NCBI RefSeq assembly: GCF_018389705.1 | Contig: NZ_CP065581.1 | Coordinates: forward strand, 330,001 to 362,000 | Reading direction: 5' to 3' | Length of the DNA stretch: 32,000 bases | Source: Mycoplasma mycoides subsp. capri | Lineage (GTDB): Bacteria > Bacillota_I > Bacilli_A > Mycoplasmatales > Mycoplasmataceae | In this document: positions 23,813 through 32,000 of the stretch, in pieces | Layout of the letters: each line of letters begins with the position of its first letter | Position numbering within the stretch: position 1 is the stretch's first letter | The notes under the pieces: generated by a model | The model's database searches: none | What the model saw: only the letters and a program-made list of their open reading frames with translations | Told to the model about the DNA's origin: nothing | Program-made: the position numbers and the translations under genes

Positions 23813-24262
23813 ATGGTATTAAAAACAAAAATAATTTTAACTAGTGTATTTAGTAGTTTAGCTTTAATTAGTATAAGTGGATTTGTTGGTTATAAAATTG
23901 GATCAACAAATAATGTTGAATATAAAAATAGAAATAAAAGATTGTTAAAAATAGTTGGATTTGATAGATTTAATAGCTCTGATGATTGAATAGATTATAG
24001 AAGAGGTTATAACTATCAAGGTGAGTTTAGAAAAAGAAAAAATGAACTATTATTAATTAAAGACAATATATATAAAATTAATTCTGAAAATTCAATAGTA
24101 ACATTTTTTTATAATAGAGGGAATGAAATTTATAAGTATGTAATTAGTAATATTTCTTATGATGAAAAAGAAATTATTAATTTTCTACTTGAAGGTTCTA
24201 AAAACAATAAAGATATTTTAAATATTCAAGAAGCAATCATTACAAAAACAAAAGTAGAGTAG
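23813..24262 (+). CDS. small membrane-anchored protein of unknown function (149 aa)
   Basis: MVLKTKIILTSVFSSLALISISGFVGYKIGSTNNVEYKNRNKR...; starts 5 nt after the DUF2130 stop; TGA=W once. Confidence 0.7.
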
Positions 24263-24275
24263 AAATAAAGTAATT

Positions 24276-24349
24276 TTCTACCACCAGTTTTAGTTTTTAT
24301 ACCACTAATCTACCACTAATCTACCACAACCGGTAGAAAAGTGGTAGAA
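24276..24349. promoter_or_regulatory. cluster of direct and inverted CTACCAC(TAAT) motifs, candidate operator
   Basis: TTCTACCACc, aTACCACTAATC, TACCACTAATC, TACCACAACC, then inverted GTGGTAGAA; immediately upstream of the 24399 gene. Confidence 0.6.
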
Positions 24350-24398
24350 TAACTATGTAATATTTTTTTAATTACTATTTATAATGGAGAGCAACAAA

Positions 24399-25811
24399 AT
24401 GAATTTTAATCATAGTGGTGAAACTGCAACTGTTGAATATAAAGTTACTTTTGATAAAAAGAATCCTGATAATTTATTACATACTGTGAGTGCTTTTGCA
24501 AACACAAAAGGTGGAAGAATTTTTATTGGTATAAATGATAATAATCAAGTAGTAGGTTTAGAAAATCTGCAAGTTATTTTAGAAGATGTTAGCGAAGCTA
24601 TTAAAACAAAAATTGATCCAAATCCAGAATTTTATTGCGAAATAGAAGAGCATAAAGGATTAAAATTTATTGTTTTAACAATTATGAAAGGCGAAGAAAC
24701 ACCATATCGTTATTTAACTAAAAAAGCTGATGCAGCATACATAAGGTCTGGTAATCAAAGTATAAAAGCAAACGCAAATCAGTTAAGAAATCTAATTTTT
24801 AGAGGAACTAGACAATCATTTGATACATTAAAAACTAAAATAAATTGAAAACAAGCAAGTTTTAAAAGTTTGAATCAAAAACTAAATGGAATTGGTCAAC
24901 AGGTAAAAACTGTTAATCAATTAATTTCTCTTGATTTAGTAAAAGATTATTTTTTAACAAATGCAGGAGCTTTATTAGCTGATAACAAGTTTATAAAATC
25001 TTCAAAAATTCATGCTACAAGATGAAATGGAAATGATAAATTAAATTCTGAAATTTTAACTTTAAATACAAAAGAATTTGAAGGTAGTTTAATAGATATT
25101 TTTCAAAAAGCTGAAAAATTTATAGATGACTATAATTTTGTTATGTGAAAAAAAACTGATCAAAAAAGAATTGATTATCCAAATTATCCATTTTTAGCAA
25201 TTAGAGAAGCTTTAGTTAATGCATTGATTCATCGTGATTATTCTATTGATGGATCACAAATTAATGTTGATATTTATGATAATAGAATTGAAATCATCTC
25301 ACCTGGTGGAATGTTTGATGGAACAAATATTCAAGAAACACCAACATGAGCTGTTGTTTCAAGAAGAAGAAATGAAGCTATAGCTAATATTTTTTGAAGA
25401 ATAAATTATATGGAAAAACGTGGTAGTGGGATAGGTAAAATTATTGATTTATATGCAAGTCAGTCTAATTATTCAAATGCTTTAAAACCAGTTTTTATGT
25501 CTAATGATCAACTATTTAAAGTAATTTTATGAAATTTAAACTATAAAAAAGATGATCCTATTACAGGTGATAAAACAAATACTAATATAGAAACTAAAAC
25601 AATAGAATTGGAAAACAAAGAAGAAAAATCACAAGATCAAATTGTTTTAAATTATATAGAAAGTGTTTTTAGTTTTACAAGAAAAGACATAGAAAAAGTT
25701 GTTAATGTTAAAAGAACTAGAGCAAATCAAATAATAAATAATTTATTAGAAGAAAACAAAGTTGTTAAACAAAATGATGGTAGATCAACTAGATATAAAG
25801 TTAATAAATAA
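24399..25811 (+). CDS. AlbA_2 (formerly 'divergent AAA-4') domain protein with C-terminal winged-helix (470 aa)
   Basis: E(Y/F)K...[61 protein letters not shown], and a C-terminal HTH ([27 protein letters not shown]). ATG at 24399 preceded by ggagagc; track start 24384 overlaps the RBS. Confidence 0.85.
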
Positions 25812-26055
25812 ATATTGTATTTGCTAGGAATTGATTATTTCTTACATTATATTTAAAAAAGTAATTGATTAGAATTTTTATAAATTGAATTAAAATCTTT
25901 ATATTTGTTTTAAGTTTATATGTTTTAGTTATTATTTGTCATTAATTGTATTAGAACAGATTAAAGATGAAAATTAAAAAATTGCAATTGATATAATAAA
26001 GAAAATGTACTATATAGTCTCTTGTTAATTTTAAGAAAAAAGTGAGGCGTTTTTA

Positions 26056-28401
26056 ATGATGAAAAAAAGTGAAATGTCAGAAGAAGATATCAAGATAAAA
26101 TTTATAAATCCAACAATTGAAGAAAAAGGATGAAAAATTGGTGAAAATTATAGAACCGAATATACATTTACTGATGGACAAATTCAGATTTCATCAAATG
26201 GAAAAACTATAAGAGCTAAAAAAAAGAGTGCTGATTACTATCTTTATTATAAGGATATACCATTAGCTATTATTGAGGTTAAAAAAAATACTAAATCACC
26301 TAGTTTTGGTATTCAACAAGCAATTGGATATGCTAAAGCGTTAAATTGTCCTTTTGTTTATTCTACTAATGGCGACAGTTTTATAGAATTTGATAAAACT
26401 ACAGGAAAAGAAATAGAAATAAAGTTAGAAGACTTTCCTACTGTTGATGAATTAATAGATAGATTTAAGCAGGAAGGTAATATAAGTCAAAAAGAATGAG
26501 AGGTATTATCTACTAAGAACTACTATGTTCAAAGTTTTAATGAAGCTAGATATTATCAAAATAATGTAATAAATAAAGTTGTTCAAGAAGTGACTAAAGG
26601 TAAAAAAAGGTTAATGTTTGTTATGGCTACTGGTACAGGAAAAACTTTTGTTGCTTCTCAAATAATTCATAAACTTCTTACAAAAAAAATAAAAAAAAGA
26701 ATTCTTTTTTTAGCAGATAGAAATATCCTAATTGATCAATCTATCGCAGGTGATTTTAGATTTTTACAGAAAAAAATGGTTAAAGTTAATCAAAAATTAT
26801 TGTCTTCAAAAGAAAAAATAAATTCCTATGAAGTGTATTTATCTTTATACCAACAACTACTAGGTCAAAATAAAGAAGAATATTATAAGAAATTTGATAA
26901 GGATTTTTTTGATCTTATTATAATTGATGAAGCGCATAGAGGTTCTGTAAAAGAAGAAAGCAATTGAAGAGACATACTTGAATATTTTGAATCAGCTACA
27001 CAAATAGGAATGACAGCAACACCAAAAGATGATGCTGATGGATCTAATTTTGAATATTTTGGTGAACCAGTATATATTTATTCTTTAAAACAAGGAATTG
27101 AAGATGGTTTTTTAGCCCCTTATACAGTTAAAAGAATTAATTTAGATATAGATCTAACAGGCTATAGACCTAAAAAAAATGAAACAGATATATATGGTAA
27201 TTTAATTGAAGATAAAATATATACTCAAAAAGATTATGATAAAAAATTAGTAATAGATAACAGAACAGAAATTGTTGCAAAATACGTATCTGATTTTTTA
27301 AAAGAAACTAATAACAGATATGAAAAAACAATCTTCTTTTGTCAAGATATAGATCACGCTGAGAGATTAGCACAAGAACTTAAAAATCAAAATAAAGATA
27401 TTGTAAAAAATGAAGATAGATATGTGATGAAAATTACAGGAGATGATCTTGAAGGTAAAGCGCAGCTAGATAATTTTATGGATCCTGACTCAAAATTCCC
27501 TACTTTAGTAACTACTTCAAAATTATTAACAACGGGAGTTAATGTTAAAACTTGTAAATTCATAGTTATTGATTCTAATATCCAATCAATGACAGAATTT
27601 AAACAAATAATAGGTAGAGGTACAAGAATAAGCGAAAAACACAATAAGCAATTTTTTACTATTATTGATTTTAGATCTGTTACAGATAAATTTGCAGATC
27701 CTGATTTTGATGGCAATAGTGCTAATAGTGAATCAATTAGTAAAGATAAAATAGATGTTGATCCAATTGATTATAATGAACCATCAGAATTTGTTTGTGG
27801 TGAACCCACTATTGAGCAAATATCTTTTAGTGAAAAGAAATATAGAATAGATAATGTGGATGTAAATATTATGAACGAACAAATTCAAATTATAGATGAA
27901 AATGGTAAACTAATTACCACTTCTTTAATTGACTATACAAAAAGAACAATTCTAGGAGAATATGCTACACTTAGTGATTTTCTTACTAGATGAAAAAAAG
28001 AAGATAGAAAAAACGTTATTTTAGAAGAACTAGAAAAAAAAGGAATCAATATAGAAGATCTAAGAAAGAAAAATAAAAATTATAAAGATTTAGATGAATT
28101 TGATCTCTTATTACAAATTGCTTACAATAAAGAACCATTAACTAAAAAACAAAGAATTCAAAAGTTTAAAGATAGTGATTTTTTACAAAATTACCAAAAC
28201 AAAACTAAAGAAGTTTTAGAAATTTTAATTGAAAAATATTTAGATGGTGGTATTAAAGAAATTGAAGATATTCAAATTCTTAGAACAAAAGAATTTGAAA
28301 ATATAGGTAGCATAACAGATATTATAAAAATGTTTGGTGGAAAATCACATTATATTAAAGTTGTTAGATCGCTATCAAGACAAATTTATTCAGATTATTA
28401 A
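26056..28401 (+). CDS. hsdR: type I restriction enzyme R subunit (781 aa)
   Basis: YYLYYKDIPLAIIEVKKN (endonuclease core), VMATGTGKTFVASQI, IIDEAHRG, GMTATP, LLTTGVNVKTCKFIVIDS, IGRGTR; three track fragments in the same frame joined through TGA. Confidence 0.95.
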
Positions 28402-28415
28402 AGGAGTATAAATAA

Positions 28416-29870
28416 ATGTCAGTAGATGCTTTTATAAGTAGAATAAGAAATATTACAAGACAAGATCAAGGTATTAATGGTGATGCTCAAAGAATCGAAC
28501 AAATGTCATGATTACTTTTTTTAAAAATATATGACAGTAAAGAAAAAATATGAGAAATAGAAGATGATAATTATAAATCTATTATTCCTGATAAATTAAA
28601 ATGAAGAAATTGAGGCACTAGTTCAAATCCACTTACAGGTGATGACTTATTAGATTTTGTTAATAATGATCTTTTAAAAACTTTAAAAGAAATCGAAATT
28701 ACTCCTGATATGCCTTTTAGAAAACAAATTGTTAAGTCTACTTTTGAAGATATTAACAACTATATGAAAAATGGTATTTTGTTAAGACAAGTTATAAATG
28801 TAATTGATGAATTGAATTTTGATAATATTAAAGAAATACATTTATTTAATGACATATATGAAACTATATTAAAAGAAATTCAAAATGCTGGTAGTTCAGG
28901 TGAGTTTTATACTCCAAGAGCATTGACTGATTTTATAACTGAGATATTAGATCCAAAATTAGGTCAAACTATGGCAGATTTAGCATGTGGAACTGGTGGA
29001 TTTTTAACTTCTTTTTTAAATAGAATAAGTGAACAAAAAAAGACTGTTGAAGATATTAAAACATACTCTCAATCGGTTTATGGAATTGAAAAAAAAGGAT
29101 TTCCCTATTTATTAGCTGTTATAAATCTTTTCTTACACGATGTAGATGATCCTAATTTATTGCATGGAAATTCACTAGAAAGAAATGTAAAAGATTATAG
29201 TGAAGATGAAAAATTTGACCTAATAATGATGAATCCTCCTTTTGGTGGTTCTGAACAATCAATAATTCAAAATAATTTTCCAAAAGATTTAAGAAGTGCA
29301 GAAACTGCTGATCTTTTTATGCTAGTTATTATGTATAGATTAAAAATGGGTGGAAAAGCAGCTGTAATACTACCTGATGGATTTTTATTTGGTTCAGGAG
29401 TGCAAAAAAATATTAAGAAAAAACTATTTTCTGAATTCAATGTTCACACAATCATAAGATTGCCAAAATCTATATTTAATCCATACACAAGCATTAATAC
29501 TAATATTATTTTCTTTGATAAAAACGGTTCTACAAAAAGTACTTGATTTTATAGATTAGATATGCCAGAAAATCAAAAAAATTTCTCTAAAACAAAACCG
29601 ATGGAATCAAAACATTTAGATCCTATAAGACAATGATGAAATAATAGAAATGAAATTATAGAAGATACTTTTTATAAATCAAAACAATTCAGTATTAGTG
29701 AAATTGAAGAATTAGAATATAATTTGAACCAATGTGGTTATTTAGAACAATCTGAAGAAGTACTTGAACCAATGGAACTTATCAAACAATATTATGATAA
29801 AAGAAATGAATTAAATAACAAGATTGATAATGTCATATCTGAAATTATAAAAATATTGGAGCAAAAATAA
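28416..29870 (+). CDS. hsdM: type I restriction-modification system methyltransferase subunit (484 aa)
   Basis: GSSGEFYTPRALTDFI, LACGTGGFL, DLIMMNPPFGG; aaggag RBS; stop overlaps hsdS start (TAATG). Confidence 0.96.
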
Positions 29871-31387
29871 TGACAGCTGAACAATTAAGAAAAAGTATTT
29901 TACAATGAGCAATTCAAGGCAAATTGACTAAACAAAATCCTGATGAATCAGCTGTTGATTTATTAAATAAAATCAGGTTAGAAAAACAAAAATTAATTAA
30001 AGAAAATAAAATCAAAAAAGATGATTTTACTAATTCTTTTATATATAAAAACACTAGTGATAATTGTTATTATGAGAAGTTTGAAGATAGTATAGAAGAA
30101 AAAATAGAAGTTCCGTTTGAAATACCAAATAACTGGGTATGAGTAAGACATAATATGATACTAAAACTAATAGGTGGTTCACAACCTCCTAAAAGTACTT
30201 TTATAAGTTATCCTAAAGACAATTATATAAGATTGTTTCAAATTAGAGATTATGGTGACTCTCCAATTCCTGTCTATATTCCAATTAATAAAGCATCTAA
30301 AATCACTAATAAGGGGGATATATTAATAGCTAGATATGGTGGTTCTCTTGGTAAGGTTTTTATAGCAGAATATGGGGCATACAATGTGGCTATGTCCAAA
30401 GTAACAAAATTATATATTAATGATCATATTGATTTTAACTTCTTATATTTTTTCTATAAATCAAAAATATTTCAAGAAATAATAAGAAGAAATAGTAGAA
30501 GTGCACAAGATGGATTTAATAGTGAAGAAATCAACGATTTGTTATTACCACTACCACCACTTGAAGAACAACTAAGAATAATTACTCTTCTGGATAAGTT
30601 AAATTTATTACTGAATAAATATAGTTTAATAGAAAATGAATTGTCAGAATTGGAAAAAACATTTTCTATAAAATTACAAAAATCAGTTCTTAATTATGCT
30701 ATGCAAGGTCAACTTGTAGAACAAAGTATAAATGATAATTCAAAAGATTTAATAGAGCAAATATATAAAGAAAAAGATGGATTATTAAAACAAAAGAAAA
30801 TAAAACAAAATGAACTACAAAAATCTATCATTTATAAAAATATTAGTGATAACTCATATTATGAGAACCACAATTTTGTAGAAGTACAATTAGGTTTAAT
30901 TTCAAATATTTACACTGGAAACAGCATTTCAAAAACACAAAAAGACAGATTTTTTAGAAATGTTAAAGGAATGAGTTATATAGCAACAAAAGACATAGAT
31001 TTTAATAGGGAAATAGATTATGCCAATGGTGTTTATATTCCAAATGAAAATCTTGATAAATTTAAAATTGCTCCTAAAAATTCCGTTCTTCTATGTATTG
31101 AAGGTGGAAGTGCAGGAAGAAAAATAGGCTTAATAGACAGAGATGTTACTTTTGGTAATAAACTATGTTGTATTAATTCAAACTTTGTATCTAATAAATT
31201 TATTTTTTATTACTTACAAAGCGATTTATTTTTAAATCCATTCTATAAGCAAATGACAGGAATCATACAAGGTATTAATCTATCATTGCTCAAGGAAATA
31301 AAAATCCCAGTATTTTCTTCTTGTTATCAACAAGCCATTATGAATAAACTAGATAGAATCTATTCATTGATTAATATGCTAAATTAG
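29870..31387 (+). CDS. hsdS: type I restriction-modification system specificity subunit (505 aa)
   Basis: Two TRD-like halves, LPLPPLEEQLRII(TLLDKLNLLLNKY) conserved region, and two LxKSxLxxAxxGxL repeats; track ORFs 29924-30142 and 30155-31387 are in one code-4 frame. Confidence 0.94.
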
Positions 31388-31401
31388 ATAAAAAAACAAC
31401 A

Positions 31402-31420
31402 GTGAATATTGAATATTCAC
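31402..31420. repeat. perfect 9-bp inverted repeat GTGAATATT-G-AATATTCAC in the hsdS/recombinase intergenic region
   Basis: Read directly. No T-run follows; a second small IR (ATACT-ATTG-AGTAT) is adjacent. Confidence 0.6.
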
Positions 31421-31481
31421 AATACTATTGAGTATAATAAATTAATGCAGTTTTATATATTTATTAATAAATATGGTATTT

Positions 31482-31510
31482 AAAAAGGAGTTTTTTTAAA
31501 ACTCCTTTTT
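31482..31510. terminator. bidirectional terminator between hsdS and recombinase genes
   Basis: aaaaaggagtttt-ttt-aaaactccttttt. Confidence 0.8.
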
Positions 31511-32000
31511 TATCAATCTATAACATCATCGACTATTTGTTTTTGTTCTGATGAACTTCTTCCTAGATAGATTCTTGTTGTTTCAATACTTTCATGACCC
31601 ATTAAATCAGCTAATAGTGAAATATCATTAAATCTTTCTAAAAAATTTTTTGCAAATAAATGTCTAAACGAGTGTGGATAGACAACATTTTGATCAATTC
31701 CTAGTTTACGTGCTATTTTTTTAAGTTGCTGAGAAATAGCTCTTGTTGAAATTGGCTGAGATAATTTATTTGTAAAAATATACCCACTTTTTTTGCCTTC
31801 TTGTTTTAACCACACATTTATTGCATCTGTTAGTTTTTTAGGCAAATATAATCTTCTTAGTTTGCCACCTTTTGAATATATATCAAAATATTCAAGTTTA
31901 ATATGTTCAACTTTTACTTTTATAAGTTCACTTACTCTTGCACCTGTAGCAGCTAAAAATCATACTACAAAATATCATTTATAATTTTTCATTCTTTTTA
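31510..32000 (-). CDS. tyrosine recombinase, XerC/D-like (5' end beyond window)
   Basis: Reads KRMKNYKWYFVVWFLAATGARVSELIKVKVEHIK...HSFRHLFAKNFLERFNDISLLADLMGHESIETTRIYLGRSSSEQKQIVDDVIDW*: catalytic R (ATGARVSEL), HxxR, GH and Y motifs. Confidence 0.92.

Noticed and set aside
24276-24349. CRISPR-like array
   Set aside because: Units are 11 bp, contiguous without spacers, with an inverted copy; no cas genes in the window.
24384-24398. Start codon at 24384 for the AlbA_2 protein (track)
   Set aside because: That ATG overlaps the ggagag RBS; ATG at 24399 has normal spacing.
26056-28401. hsdR appearing as broken pieces in the ORF track
   Set aside because: All pieces are in one frame separated only by TGA; the reading frame is intact over 781 codons.

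Overview
The window is an AT-rich mollicute chromosome segment that reads with genetic code 4 (TGA=Trp). Gene content and style point to the Mycoplasma mycoides/capricolum group (inference). The supplied ORF track breaks at TGA codons, so many track ORFs are fragments of longer genes; I re-joined them by reading through TGA. Housekeeping or conserved part (1-6.4 kb): pgk 3' end, a small proline-rich lipoprotein, a LemA-family protein with an upstream 587-aa membrane protein, a 314-aa membrane protein, and ribonuclease J. Accessory part (6.6-32 kb): a degenerate DUF285/BspA-like gene; a second DUF285 gene whose start codon is out of frame with the body because of an A8 tract; a VirB6-like/ICE-type transmembrane protein carrying a domain that resembles the E3-binding (peripheral subunit-binding) domain of pyruvate dehydrogenase E2; a frameshifted PrgI-like fragment; a Doc-like toxin with a 46-aa ORF; a third DUF285 protein; an anomalous GC-rich structured 63-nt element; a Fic protein coupled to a 1559-aa helicase/nuclease of the DUF4011-helicase-Vsr-like type; a MATE transporter; a DUF2130 coiled-coil/nuclease-like protein plus a small membrane protein; an AlbA_2-type regulator behind a repeated operator-like motif; a complete type I R-M operon (hsdR-hsdM-hsdS) with a convergent tyrosine recombinase cut by the window edge. 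The 14.3-32 kb part looks like a defence island and 6.6-11.4 kb looks like a remnant of an integrative conjugative element. No CRISPR array, rRNA or tRNA was recognised.
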